DNA of 63,776 nucleotides, filler included, from an uncultured Synergistales bacterium (GTDB taxonomy: Bacteria; Synergistota; Synergistia; Synergistales; Aminobacteriaceae), in NCBI GenBank assembly GCA_937897575.1. It is 6 parts of 6 records of this genome, joined end to end, with 100 filler letters (N's around TTAATTAATTAA, not from the genome) between each part and the next. Parts side by side here need not be neighbours in the genome. Positions count along the whole stretch, not along the records: positions 26,357 to 33,772 come from CALCQG010000068.1; positions 33,873 to 39,758 come from CALCQG010000069.1; positions 39,859 to 52,361 come from CALCQG010000070.1; 3 more parts are not named here. The stretch is one strand, 5' to 3'. The first letter of the stretch is position 1. Every line of letters starts with the position of its first letter. Under the pieces are notes generated by a model. That model had not been told where the DNA came from and did not search any database. It saw only the letters and a list, made by a program, of their open reading frames with translations. Both the position numbers and the translations under genes were made by a program. Below, in pieces: positions 30,515-40,733 of the stretch.

Positions 30515-30925
30515 ACGATCATCCCCTTTCTCCACTCCCGTTCCTGTCGTCCTCTCGGGTTTTTCCCGCTCTTGCCTCGTCAGGCCACCAAAGAGAGCGG
30601 CGTAGAAGATATCTCCTGAGCTCCGCCGCCGGTGATCCCCCGACGATACTACCATGGAACCTCCGCGGACGACAAAGGTGCTCCGCTCAGGTATCGCTGC
30701 GCCGCGGCATCCACGCCGGGCCGGAGCACATCGACGCCAGCGTGCAAAGAGAGTTCGATCCATCACCCCATGACCGGAACGACGAGCTGGTATTCCGGCT
30801 CCCACCGTCGGCCCCGTCGGCAGTGCCATCACCGCTTTCCCCCTCGCAAACCGATAAGGAGCGGTATCCCCGTCATCGTCCAAGGCGATGGCACGCCGTG
30901 CAGCCCGTCGGAGCGCGCGCGGAAT

Positions 30926-30963
30926 TCAGGAGCGAGCCCGGGAAACCCGAGCTCGCTCCTGGA
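30926..30963. terminator. Long hairpin downstream of cyclase gene
   Basis: CAGGAGCGAGC-CCGGGAAACCCGA-GCTCGCTCCTG; no clear U-tract. Confidence 0.45.
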
Positions 30964-31013
30964 TCGTTACATGCTCCGCGATGACTCAGGCCCTTTTCGG
31001 CTGGGTTGCCGCC

Positions 31014-31751
31014 TCACTCCGCCGGGCAGATGGCGAAGCACCGTGCGGGGAACCCTGTCCCGTCCTTGAGCCTGGGGAAGGTGCAGAAAATGATCGCCCC
31101 CGTCGGAGGGACCTTGTCCAGATTGCAGAGCAGCTCGACGTTGAGCTTGTCCTGGCTGAGGATGTAGTCCTCCGCGGCGAAGCCCGGACGGCACGCGGGG
31201 TCCGGGTCCGGCGTCTCGTGCCCTATGGCCCCGATGGACCGCTCGGCGCACAGCCATTTCACCGTGTCCAGATCCCATCCGGGATAGTGGGCGTTCCCCT
31301 CGGCGTCCTTGTTGTCGAACTCCTTGGCGGGGCGCTTGTGCCAGTCGCTGCGGAGGGCGACGAAGGCCCCTTCGGGCACTTTTCCATGAACCTTCTCCCA
31401 GGCCAGAACGTCGTCCACCACCATGGCACAGTCGCAGTCGGCGGCGCACTTGGCCGACATGTCGATGACACAGAGGGGGTAGGCGAACTCGTCCACCCGG
31501 ATCTGCTCCGCGGACCGTCCGTCGCGGTGGAAGTGGGACGGGACGTCCACGTGGGTCCCGTACTGTCCGGGCACCGTGTACTCGAAGACCTTCATGGGCG
31601 CCTGGTCGAAATCGAAGAGGGTCCGTATTCCGAGAGGCTGGAACCCGTACCAGTGCGGCGTATCAGGGGAAAGCTCGTGGGTCAGGTCGACCCATCTGTA
31701 CTTGGGGGACTTCATCTCCTTCAGCATCGTCCAAAGTGCCGTGTCACCCAT
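31014..31751 (-). CDS. Cyclase family (kynurenine formamidase-like) metallohydrolase
   Basis: VDLTH, GTHVDVPSHF, YPGW, VELLCNL. Confidence 0.9.
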   Translation of the reverse strand: MGDTALWTMLKEMKSPKYRWVDLTHELSPDTPHWYGFQPLGIRTLFDFDQAPMKVFEYTVPGQYGTHVDVPSHFHRDGRSAEQIRVDEFAYPLCVIDMSAKCAADCDCAMVVDDVLAWEKVHGKVPEGAFVALRSDWHKRPAKEFDNKDAEGNAHYPGWDLDTVKWLCAERSIGAIGHETPDPDPACRPGFAAEDYILSQDKLNVELLCNLDKVPPTGAIIFCTFPRLKDGTGFPARCFAICPAE

Positions 31752-31854
31752 ATGAAGCACCTCCCGGCCGTCGGCCATCGATATGTGGAGCTTGGCGGAT
31801 CAAAATACTGCACGCATCTCTGCCGCGTGCAACGTCGCTGTTTCGGTCTTTCAA

Positions 31855-33772
31855 TCAGTTGAAGTAGTATGCCTTGTCGAAGCCGTCCTTCGTCGCCTCG
31901 TAAATCCGGCCGGTTCTGTCCGCATCGCCTATGGGGATGACGGTGCCGCACACCTCTTCGAAGGCTTTGACCACGTCGCTTCGGGGCACGATTCCGAGGG
32001 AGAGCACCACGTGGTCCACCTTCGTCTCCACGACCTCTCCGTCCGCCTTCTCCATCCGGATGGAGCCCTCCCCGATGCTCACCAGCCTGTGCCCCGTGTA
32101 CACCTCGGGCTTCATGGCCATGATCCGGCCGAGAATGTCGTTGCGGATCACGGCGAAGACGCCCGATCCCATCTCGGGGAGCATCTCCACGAGGACGAGG
32201 GCGCACCCGGCCTCGCCCAGCATCTCAGCCGTCTCGAGCCCCGTCATGCCCGTCCCGATGACCGCAACGCGCCCGGAGAGGCGCACCTTCCCCGCCACCA
32301 CGTCCTCGGCGGTATGGACGTTGGGGCGGTCCGCGCCGTCGCATCGAGGAACTATGGGCGTCGAGCCCGCCGCCACGAAGACGGCCGCCGGAGAGAGGCT
32401 CCGAACCATCTCGGGCGTGGCCTCCGCACCGCACCGGACATCCACGCCGAGGACCTCGAGCTGCCGCTCCATGGTCCTGGTGAGCCTGGTGATGAGCTCC
32501 TTGTGGGGCGGTTTGTCCGCCAGGTTCAACGCTCCTCCGAGTTCGGGCTCTTTCTCGAACAGGACCACGGAGAAGTCACGTTCCGCCAGGACCCTTGCGG
32601 CCTCCATGCCGGCCGGACCGCCGCCCACCACGCACACCGGGCGCTTGCCGCCGTCCTTTCGGTACTCTGGGTAGAGGTGTTCCCGCCCCATGCGGGGGTT
32701 GATGGCGCAGACCACGGAGAGCCCCTTGGCGAGCAGTCGTTCGCGGCACACCATGCACCCGATGCACTGGCGTATCTCGTCCTCCCGCCCCTCCTTCGCC
32801 TTCCGAACGAAGTCCGGGTCGGCTATCTGGGAACGCCCGAGCCCCACGAAGTCGCAGACCCCCTCCTCGAGCATCTGCTCCGCGAAGGCTGGGTCCTTGA
32901 TGGTGTTCGTCGCGATGATGGGGATCTTCAGGGCCTCCTTGAAGGCCCTGGCCACATGTTTTTTCCAGCCGGGCGTGTAGGAGTAGGGGTCGCAGTTCGC
33001 GTTGCCGTTCAAGGCACTGCCGTTGCTCACGTTCAGCACGTCGATCCCCTGGGCCTCGAGGTATCGCCCTATCTCGAGCCCGTCCTCCAGGGTCAGGGTG
33101 TCGGGGATCTGGGGCGTCATCTCGTCGCCGTTGATGCGCACCGAGATTGGAAAGCGCTTTCCCAGGGCGGCGCGGATCCCGCGGATGATCTCCGCGATGA
33201 ACCGCATCCTGTTCTCGAAGGACCCTCCGTAGGCGTCGGTCCGCTTGTTGTAGTAGGGGCTGAAGAACTGGCCTATGAGGTAGGAGTGGGCGCCATGGAG
33301 TTCGATTCCGTCGTACCCCGCCTTTTTGCACCGGACGGCGGCGTCGATGAACTTCTGCTGCACGGACGCGATCTCCTCAAGGGTCATGGCCCTCGGCACG
33401 GGAGCACCGGGTGCGATGGGCATGGCGCTCGCGCTCAGGGACTGCCGGCCCGTCAACGCCGGCTTCGAGGTGCTCCCTCCGTGGTGGATCTGCGCGAAGA
33501 TATGGGCGCCATAGGCATGGACGGCGTCGGTGAGCATCTCGAGGGACGCTATGTGGAAATCCGCCGAGATCCGCAGGTTGTGGGGGGAGGGGATGCTGTC
33601 CACATGGTCCACCCCGGTGTACTCGTTGATGATGAGCCCCGTTCCGCCTCGCGCCCTCTCCTGGTAGTAGCGGATCAGCCGCATGGACGCCGTGCCGTCG
33701 GGGTTCGCGAAATCCGTCCCCATAGGGCTCATGACCGCCCTGTTGCGGATCGTCAGCGGCCCTATCCGCCCC
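31855..33772 (-). CDS. NADH:flavin oxidoreductase (OYE + 4Fe-4S + FAD domains), 5' truncated
   Basis: YYQERARGG, ELHGAHSYL, CIGCMVC...CAINP, VGGGPAG. Confidence 0.93.
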
Positions 33773-33872
33773 NNNNNNNNNNNNNNNNNNNNNNNNNNNN
33801 NNNNNNNNNNNNNNNNTTAATTAATTAANNNNNNNNNNNNNNNNNNNNNNNNNNNNNNNNNNNNNNNNNNNN
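33773..33872. other. Artificial contig linker
   Basis: N-run, TTAATTAATTAA, N-run. Confidence 0.99.
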
Positions 33873-33982
33873 AACTGGACTGGTACCGGGAAAGTCGTGA
33901 GGAAATCAGCGCCTTGCGTCGACCCTCCCGATTTCTTCCACGGTCATCCTACGGATGACTGAACGAAGGGGGCATCAGAGGC

Positions 33983-34774
33983 ATGGAGGACACACGAGCG
34001 TTCATCCGGGAGCGATACGGTCGGGCTGTCGCCGGAAGAGCGGGCGAGACGACCGGCCGCCACGGTTGTGCCGGGGTGCCGGACCTGACACGAAGTGCCT
34101 ACGATGAAGCGACTCTAGCCGGATCATCGCTGAACGCCGTGGCACAATCCTTCGGCTGCGGCAACCCGACGGCCGAAGCCGGGCTGCGTCCAGGCGAGCG
34201 CGTGCTCGATCTGGGCTGCGGCGCGGGGCTCGATCTCCTGCTCGCCGCTCGGGCCGTAGGGCCCTCGGGGCGCGTCATCGGCCTCGACATGACGGACGAG
34301 ATGCTGCACGCCGCCTCGAGGAACGTGGCGGGACAGGGAAACATCTCGCTCCTTCGCGGCTATCTGGAGGACATCCCCCTGCCCGACGGCTCACTGGACG
34401 TCGTCCTGTCGAACTGCGTCATCAACCTCTCCCCCGACAAGGAGAAGTGCCTTTCCGAGGCCTTCCGCGTCCTCCGCCCGGGGGGCCGGCTCTGCGTCGC
34501 CGATATCGTCCTCCTTCACCCTCTGTCGAAAAAGGCCGCCGAGAGCCTCGCCCTTTGGTCGTCCTGCGTCTCCGGCGCCCTCTCGGAGGAGCAGTACGTC
34601 GCGCTCCTCGAGCGAACAGGCTTTACGGCGATCCACCTGCGCAGGACGGCGACCCACGCCTTTCCCGATGTCCTCGCCGCCATGGCCTTCCCCGATTGTA
34701 CGCCGGAGGAGCGTCTCGAGATGGACGGAGCTCTTGCGAGCGCCATCGTCAAGGCCGTGCGGCCTGTTTTCTGA
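33983..34774 (+). CDS. arsM: Arsenite methyltransferase-like SAM-dependent methyltransferase
   Basis: [31 protein letters not shown]. Confidence 0.8.
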   Translation: MEDTRAFIRERYGRAVAGRAGETTGRHGCAGVPDLTRSAYDEATLAGSSLNAVAQSFGCGNPTAEAGLRPGERVLDLGCGAGLDLLLAARAVGPSGRVIGLDMTDEMLHAASRNVAGQGNISLLRGYLEDIPLPDGSLDVVLSNCVINLSPDKEKCLSEAFRVLRPGGRLCVADIVLLHPLSKKAAESLALWSSCVSGALSEEQYVALLERTGFTAIHLRRTATHAFPDVLAAMAFPDCTPEERLEMDGALASAIVKAVRPVF

Positions 34775-35036
34775 TATCCTCCCCCTCATAGAGCGGGACA
34801 GCGCGTCGTTGCCGCCCACACCGACATTCTCACGGTCAGGAGATCTCTCCTCCCCCCTGTCCGATCGAAAACCGGCACACCATTCAAAGCCAATCGAGCG
34901 CCTCCGTTCGGGTGCGTGACTTCTTGTCCCCGAGGGAGATCGCCGGATGAACGTGCCATCAGACCACCGAACTCCGAGGGAAACGATCGTACGAGACGGC
35001 CGTTGATCCTCCCGAATGAAACGGTCCCAATGCGAA

Positions 35037-35067
35037 GGGCTCCTCCCTGAACTCAGGGAGGAGTCCC
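35037..35067 (-). terminator. Hairpin ending hydrogenase operon
   Basis: GGGCTCCTCCCTGA-ac-TCAGGGAGGAGTCCC. Confidence 0.6.
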
Positions 35068-35080
35068 AACGTTTCGTATC

Positions 35081-35539
35081 TTAGAGGTATCGTTCCGAGA
35101 ACCATCGGCGGAAGGAGTCCGCCGCCCGGTCCATCCGGGTTCTGCAACAGGGTGTGAGTTCATCGCCAAAGTCGAAGGATTCGCCGTCGACGCTCACGAG
35201 GACCGAAGGTGGGACCGGCGCCCCGAGGGCATCCACGAGGTGCAGAATCCATTCGGGGCCAACGGAGTGCATGTTCAACCCCTCAAGTTCCCGCTCGGGG
35301 TGCACATCGGATACGTGAAATCCCTCTTCTGCCCCCGACGGGACCCTTGCGTCGACAAAGACCGCAAGATCATACCCCCGCAGGTCCTCCGCCAGTTCGG
35401 GCAGGAGCTGATGGTCCAGGTACAGCCCAGCATCCTGCCCGATGCTCCCGAGCCACTGGGCCAGGAGCGGCGCGAGGTGGTGTCCTACTCCGTCGTCCGT
35501 GCGGTACGGGTTGCCGTAGCCGCAGACGAGGATCTTCAC
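35081..35539 (-). CDS. Hydrogenase maturation endopeptidase
   Basis: GYGNPYRTDDGVG, HQLLPELAE, FVDA. Confidence 0.92.
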   Translation of the reverse strand: MKILVCGYGNPYRTDDGVGHHLAPLLAQWLGSIGQDAGLYLDHQLLPELAEDLRGYDLAVFVDARVPSGAEEGFHVSDVHPERELEGLNMHSVGPEWILHLVDALGAPVPPSVLVSVDGESFDFGDELTPCCRTRMDRAADSFRRWFSERYL

Positions 35540-36993
35540 TCCTTGGTGACCGTCTTCAGGACCTCGCCCCGGCTGTCCCGAACGATAAGCTCAAGGGGCA
35601 TCTTCCCGACGGCATGCGTTGAGCAGGACAGGCACGGATCGTAGCAGCGGATGACGTGCTCCATCCGGTTCAGAGCGCCCTCTTTCACGTCCGGTCCCTT
35701 GATGTAGTCGTGGGCAACCTGCTCCATGCCCTTGTTGATGGCATAGTTGTTGTTCCCCGTGGCAACGATCAGGTTCACCCGCTCCAGGGCCCCCTGCTCG
35801 TTCACCTCGTAGTGATGGAACAGCGTGCCCCGCGGAGCCTCGATGACGCCGACGCCGACGAGGTTGGTAACCCCGGCGGTGACCCGCAGGTCGCTGCTGA
35901 GGACGTCCTCGTCGTGGAGCAGCTGCTCCAGCCGTTCCATGCCGTAGAGCGTCTCGATAAGCCGCGCATAGTGGTAGTAGAGCGTGTAGTGCACGATACC
36001 GTCAGGCGTGGTCTTCCGGAATTCGGCGAGTTCAGCCGAGGCCTCGGGCGTGGATATGTCGTCGCAGGCGTTGACCCGGCCGAGCGGGCCGACCCGGTAG
36101 GACCCGTTGGGGAAGCCTAGAGCCCGGTAGAAGGGGAACTTGAGGTAGCTCCACTCCTCCACGTGTTCGCCGATGCGGGAGCAGTAGTCCTTCGGCGCGA
36201 ACTCATCGGTGATGCGCCCCCGGGGGCTCTTGATCCGGATGTTGCCGTCATAGAGCTCGAGCATGCCGTTCTTCACGAGCCCCATGTAGGATGTCTCCAC
36301 CGTCGCGAAGCGCTTCGCGAGCTCTTCGTTGTCGGCGAGGTACTTTTTGATCAGGGCGATGGCCTTCTTGAGGTTCTCCTTCTGCTTCGGAAGGTCGGCC
36401 AGTATGGCGTCCCGCTCCTCCACCCGAAGGCTGCGGTTGACGCCGCCCGGAATGCTGTGCCAGGGGTGGACCTTCTTCCCGCCCAGGGTCTTGATGATCT
36501 CCTGGCCGAACTTGCGCATTCCGATGCCCATGACGGCGAGGTCCGGGAACTCCTTCGCCACACCGACGATGTTCCGGATGGCCGGGTCCGCGTCGAACCC
36601 GAAGAGAAGGTCGGGGCTCGAGAGATGGAAGAAGGAGAGGGCATGGGACTGAATGATCTGTCCCATGTGCATGACCTCCCGCAATTTCGCCGCCGGAGGC
36701 GTGAGGGTGACGCCCAGGATCGCGTCGCATGCCTTCGCCGAGGCGAGGTGGTGGCTGACGGGGCATATTCCGCAGATGCGGGGCGTGATGACCGGCATCT
36801 CGCGGAAATCGCGCCCTTTGCAGAAGATCTCGAACCCGCGGTACTGCGTCACGTGGAAGCGGACTCTATCGACCGCTCCGTCCTCCGAAAGGTCCACGGT
36901 GATCTTGCCGTGCCCCTCGATCCGGCTTATGGGGTTGACGACGATCGTCTTGCCTTTCTTCTGCACAGCAGTCGATGTGCTTGTATTTTCCAT
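35536..36993 (-). CDS. Group 3 NiFe hydrogenase large subunit (HoxH/HydL)
   Basis: RIEGHG, RICGICPVSH, EAPRGTLFH, YDPCLSCSTH plus cleavable tail. Confidence 0.96.
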   Translation of the reverse strand: MENTSTSTAVQKKGKTIVVNPISRIEGHGKITVDLSEDGAVDRVRFHVTQYRGFEIFCKGRDFREMPVITPRICGICPVSHHLASAKACDAILGVTLTPPAAKLREVMHMGQIIQSHALSFFHLSSPDLLFGFDADPAIRNIVGVAKEFPDLAVMGIGMRKFGQEIIKTLGGKKVHPWHSIPGGVNRSLRVEERDAILADLPKQKENLKKAIALIKKYLADNEELAKRFATVETSYMGLVKNGMLELYDGNIRIKSPRGRITDEFAPKDYCSRIGEHVEEWSYLKFPFYRALGFPNGSYRVGPLGRVNACDDISTPEASAELAEFRKTTPDGIVHYTLYYHYARLIETLYGMERLEQLLHDEDVLSSDLRVTAGVTNLVGVGVIEAPRGTLFHHYEVNEQGALERVNLIVATGNNNYAINKGMEQVAHDYIKGPDVKEGALNRMEHVIRCYDPCLSCSTHAVGKMPLELIVRDSRGEVLKTVTKE

Positions 36994-37008
36994 ATTCGCG
37001 GCCCTCCG

Positions 37009-37548
37009 TTAATCGTATCTCATGACATCCGTGGGGACGGTGGGTATCCGGCCCTCAAGGATCTCGCTGAAGACATAGTAGATGACGTCCGCCTCCGGCG
37101 GGCATCCTGGGACGTACACGTCCACTTTCACCGCTCTGTCCACGGGGATGGCCTGGGGAAGAAGGGCGGGCACCTCGTCGCACGGGATGACGCCGTCGGG
37201 GTTGACGGTGGTGGCCGTATGGACGTACCCCTCCTCGAGGACCTTCTCCGCCGGCATGAAGTTTCTCATGCAGTTGATCCCGCCGAAGACGGCGCAGTCC
37301 CCCCAGGCGATGAGGATTTTGCACTTCGAACGCAGTTCCTTCGCTATATGAAGCTCCTCCTCGTTGCCGAGGGCTCCTTCGATGACGCCCACCTCCACTT
37401 CGGGGATCTCCTTGAAGTCCGTGATGGGGGTCGCGGTGAAGTCCACCTTGCCGATGAGGTCCACGATCCGCTCGTCGATGTCCAGGAAGGACATGTGGCA
37501 CCCGGCGCAGGCTTCGAGCCAGACGGAGGCAACCTTTGGCTTCGCCAT
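37009..37548 (-). CDS. NiFe hydrogenase small subunit (HoxY/HydS)
   Basis: CAGCHMS, GDCAVFGG, VPGCPP; single-cluster short form. Confidence 0.95.
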   Translation of the reverse strand: MAKPKVASVWLEACAGCHMSFLDIDERIVDLIGKVDFTATPITDFKEIPEVEVGVIEGALGNEEELHIAKELRSKCKILIAWGDCAVFGGINCMRNFMPAEKVLEEGYVHTATTVNPDGVIPCDEVPALLPQAIPVDRAVKVDVYVPGCPPEADVIYYVFSEILEGRIPTVPTDVMRYD

Positions 37549-37549
37549 G

Positions 37550-39529
37550 TCAACGCACCTCCTTCGTGGTGACGATTTGCGCCTTGTCGGGCGCGGCCTT
37601 CGCAACATAGACGTTCTCGCAGGGTGCCGTGGAGGCCTCTTGCAGCGTTCGCCCCAGCTTCGCGGCGAGCTCTTTCATGATGACGCCGAGGCCCTTCAGG
37701 TTGCCCTGGGGCGGAACGACGACGTTCATCTTCCGCCGATCACCCTCGAGGGTGCAGTAGTGCCCGCTCCGCTCGAACCAGGCCGGGACGGGAAGCAGCA
37801 CGTCCGCCATCTGTACCAGCGGATGCACCATGAAGGGTGTCTGCACCACCACGAACCGGGCGCGGGTCATGGCGTTGAGGGAGTGAGTGTCCTCGTCCAC
37901 CATGCCTGTGGAATGGACGTAGAGGAAGTCCAGATCGCCCTCGCTCAACCAGTCCTTTCCTCCCGTTACCGTGTTCAGGGCTCCGAGGCTGTTGCTGGCC
38001 AGGAACATGGGCACGACGGCCAGGCCGTCGTCGAAAGGAGCCCCGCAGGCGACGGCCAGGTTCAGCGCCTCCGTCACAAGCTCGGGAGTCTTCGCGAGGT
38101 TGGAGCCGAGGACCACGATGGGCTTCTTCGCGCCCTTCAGAATCTCCAGTGCGCCCTTCACGTTCTCCGGAACGGCTCCCCCCGCCCCGCCCTCGCGCAG
38201 GGCGACGAGGAGCGCTTTCATCTCCTTGCCCGAGACCCGAAGGTCCGCGTCGGTGATCCCCTCGAAGGGGTTCTTGCCCGACGAGACATTCACAAGCTTC
38301 GCCCGGCCGATGATGGTCGAGACTCGGATGTAGCTCGCAACCACAGGCGCTTCCTCCTGAGGATCGGCGTCCAGCACGAGGATGGCGTCGCTCTCGAGGA
38401 TGTGGTGCGCTCCCGTGAAGGGGCGAACCCCTTGTCTCGCGAAGGGCTTGAACCCCTCGACGAAGCCCCGGAGCTGATTGCCGTAGAACCCGTCGACTTT
38501 GTCCATCTTCATCGTGTCCCTGAAGAAGGAGGACATCACGGCGAGCTCCTCGTCCGTCGATATCTCGGAGATGAGGGCCCCGGCCTTGCCGCTCTCCAGC
38601 GCGGGGGTCATCTTCTCCGCCACGAGGCTCAGCGCCTCATCCCAGGACGCCTCCCGGAAGGACGACCCCTCGCGGATCATGGGGACCGCAAGGCGTTCGC
38701 GCTCCGTGGAGGACGGCAGCCACCAGCGTCCCTTGGAGCACAGCTGTCCGCCGTCCGCGCTGGCCGTCGAAAGGCCCTCCACCCGCACGACGCTCCCCGT
38801 CCGAACGTAGGCCTTGATCTTGCAGCCCACAGGGCAGAGGGGGCACAGGGTTTCGACCTGGCTGTCGCAGTCCGTGCGCCGGCCGCGGTACACGAAATCC
38901 CGCAGCGTGATGGTCCCGGTGGGGCAGACCTGGGCGCAGGCTCCGCAGGTGACGCACGTCTCGCTCTTGCCGAGCTGTTGTCCGAGGTCCGCCGTGACGG
39001 TCGTCCCCCAGCCCCGCTTCTCGAGGTCCAGCGTATGGGCGCCCACCTTCTCCGAGCAGACCCTGATGCAGCGCAGGCAGAGGATGCAGCGGTTGTGGTC
39101 CACCTGAATGTTGGGGTCCGAAGCGTCGTTGTGGAAGTCGCTGTACAGGAACGGATAGCGGACGCTGTCCATCCCGTGCTCGATGGCGAGGCGCTGCAGT
39201 TCGCAGTCCCCCGACTGGGAGCAGAACATGCAGAAGTGGTTCCGTCCGGCGAAGAGCAGCTCGAGAATCTGCCGGCGATACTGTATCAGCCTGTCCGTCT
39301 TCGTCAGGATCTTCATGCCCTCCGTCACCGGGGACGTGCACGCCGTCAGCAGCTTGTTGCTGCCCTCCGCCTCAACGACGCACATACGGCACGAGCCGAT
39401 AGGGGTGAGCCCATCCATGAAACACAGCGTCGGAATGTACACGTCGTTTGCGCGGGCCACCTGGAGGATGGTGTCCCCTTGGGAGCCCTTGCACTCCACT
39501 CCGTCTATGACGAGCGTTATCTCACTCAT
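37550..39529 (-). CDS. HydA/NuoG-like Fe-S subunit with catalytically empty molybdopterin-fold C-terminus
   Basis: IPTLC..CRMC..TAC, HFCMFC..C, two CxxCxxCxxxC, CPLCPVGC..C; no H-cluster motifs. Confidence 0.9.
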   Translation of the reverse strand: MSEITLVIDGVECKGSQGDTILQVARANDVYIPTLCFMDGLTPIGSCRMCVVEAEGSNKLLTACTSPVTEGMKILTKTDRLIQYRRQILELLFAGRNHFCMFCSQSGDCELQRLAIEHGMDSVRYPFLYSDFHNDASDPNIQVDHNRCILCLRCIRVCSEKVGAHTLDLEKRGWGTTVTADLGQQLGKSETCVTCGACAQVCPTGTITLRDFVYRGRRTDCDSQVETLCPLCPVGCKIKAYVRTGSVVRVEGLSTASADGGQLCSKGRWWLPSSTERERLAVPMIREGSSFREASWDEALSLVAEKMTPALESGKAGALISEISTDEELAVMSSFFRDTMKMDKVDGFYGNQLRGFVEGFKPFARQGVRPFTGAHHILESDAILVLDADPQEEAPVVASYIRVSTIIGRAKLVNVSSGKNPFEGITDADLRVSGKEMKALLVALREGGAGGAVPENVKGALEILKGAKKPIVVLGSNLAKTPELVTEALNLAVACGAPFDDGLAVVPMFLASNSLGALNTVTGGKDWLSEGDLDFLYVHSTGMVDEDTHSLNAMTRARFVVVQTPFMVHPLVQMADVLLPVPAWFERSGHYCTLEGDRRKMNVVVPPQGNLKGLGVIMKELAAKLGRTLQEASTAPCENVYVAKAAPDKAQIVTTKEVR

Positions 39530-39546
39530 GGTTTCCCTCCTCCAGC

Positions 39547-39758
39547 CTACTTCTTCTCGATGGCATCGAAGGGGCACTTTTCGAAGCAGGTGCCGCAACG
39601 GATGCATCGGTCGACCTCAATCCTGTACCCCGTCGTTCTGTCGCCGGGGATACAGTGAACAGGACAGTTCTTCGCGCAGAGCCCGCACTTCTTGCAGGCA
39701 TCCTGCTTGATGTGGTACTCAAGAAGGGCCGTGCAGGCACCTGCGGGACACTTTTTAT
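39547..39758 (-). CDS. HydB/NuoF-like flavoprotein, C-terminal 2x[4Fe-4S] fragment
   Basis: KKCPAGAC..CKKCGLCAKNCP..CIRCGTCFEKCPFDAI. Confidence 0.85.
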
Positions 39759-39858
39759 NNNNNNNNNNNNNNNNNNNNNNNNNNNNNNNNNNNNNNNNNN
39801 NNTTAATTAATTAANNNNNNNNNNNNNNNNNNNNNNNNNNNNNNNNNNNNNNNNNNNN
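39759..39858. other. Artificial contig linker
   Basis: N-run, TTAATTAATTAA, N-run. Confidence 0.99.
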
Positions 39859-39936
39859 CGTGTCCGTCGGCGAAGCGGAGCTCCTGCGTTCGACGCACTC
39901 TGAATCCCAAGCTTGTTGGAGCGCGAGTGTTTGGGG

Positions 39937-40022
39937 GTACCGAGCCCTGCAGGGCTCGGTACAGCGACTGACACGAAGCGTGTAGGCCCGAAACTGGTCT
40001 CCACGCTTCGGTCATCTGCTGC
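39937..40022. repeat. Double-hairpin element related to repeats at 51897-52215
   Basis: Perfect 26-bp palindrome 39937-39962, then CTGACACGAAG...CTTCGGTCAT imperfect hairpin. Confidence 0.7.
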
Positions 40023-40081
40023 CGCTCCTTATAGTATGTGGAGGGTGATTTTTTTCGGGCGGGTATTGAGGAGCAGAGGTA

Positions 40082-40366
40082 TCAAAAGCCGAATATCTCG
40101 GCATGACTGCCAAGCCGAACCAGGACCAATTGATCCGGCTCGGCAGTGTAATATAAGAGAATCAGATCCGGAGTAATGTGGCATTCTCTATGTCCATGCC
40201 AATTGCCGCCGAGGGCATGGTCGCGGTATGGAAGAGGCAGTGCCTCGTCTTCGGCCAAAGTCGATACGACGGTCATAAAACGTTCTTTCAGCGCAGTGCG
40301 CGCTGTTCCTTTACTAACCCTCTTGAAGTCGCGCTTGAAAGCAGCTGTCTGCCTAATCGATCGCAT
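40082..40366 (-). CDS. YafQ-family mRNA interferase toxin
   Basis: FKRDFKR, DHALGGNW, RECHITPDLILLY, RLGSHAEIF. Confidence 0.93.
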   Translation of the reverse strand: MRSIRQTAAFKRDFKRVSKGTARTALKERFMTVVSTLAEDEALPLPYRDHALGGNWHGHRECHITPDLILLYYTAEPDQLVLVRLGSHAEIFGF

Positions 40367-40631
40367 CAAGCTGGTTCTGCAGATCGTGTATGGCGAGAGG
40401 TTCCGTGGCACCGCCCTCCGCCTCCCTCATGGCCTGCAGTGTTTCTTCCGGCAAACGAATTGCAAAAGGGACACCGCCAGAATTGATAGTCTGCCGATAG
40501 AACAAACGGATGGCTTCAGTGGGGGTCAAGCCGCACCGTCGAAAGATTCGTTCCGCCTGCTCCTTATCCCGAGTTTCCAGTCGGACATTGATACTTCGGT
40601 ATCCAACACGCGATTTAACTTCGGTACCCAT
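40353..40631 (-). CDS. RelB/DinJ-family antitoxin
   Basis: INVRL..K..AERIF..GLTPTEAIRLFY..GVPF..ETLQAM. Confidence 0.9.
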   Translation of the reverse strand: MGTEVKSRVGYRSINVRLETRDKEQAERIFRRCGLTPTEAIRLFYRQTINSGGVPFAIRLPEETLQAMREAEGGATEPLAIHDLQNQLDAID

Positions 40632-40653
40632 TGCGATCAGCCCCTTTGGCCGA

Positions 40654-40682
40654 ATTATAACGCCATCAGCGTTATAACGCAA
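40654..40682 (-). promoter_or_regulatory. TA promoter with overlapping palindromic operator
   Basis: TTGCGT-17-TATAAT on minus strand; TTATAACGC-catca-GCGTTATAA at 40655-40677. Confidence 0.8.
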
Positions 40683-40733
40683 TGGTCATACCTGGCAGCG
40701 GATACGTTCAGTGCGATCGACCCAACCTCGCTG

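Noticed and set aside
34085..34096. CTGACACGAAGT match to the repeat core inside arsM
   Set aside because: No partner arm; probably chance
35536..36993. NiFeSe hydrogenase
   Set aside because: All four Ni-site ligands are encoded as Cys
39859..40015. ORF MTEAWRPV... with AAGGAG upstream
   Set aside because: Overlaps palindromic repeats, atypical codon usage, no recognisable motif
39937..40022. Integron attC site or hammerhead ribozyme
   Set aside because: No RYYYAAC/GTTRRRY ends and no integrase; CUGANGA core absent
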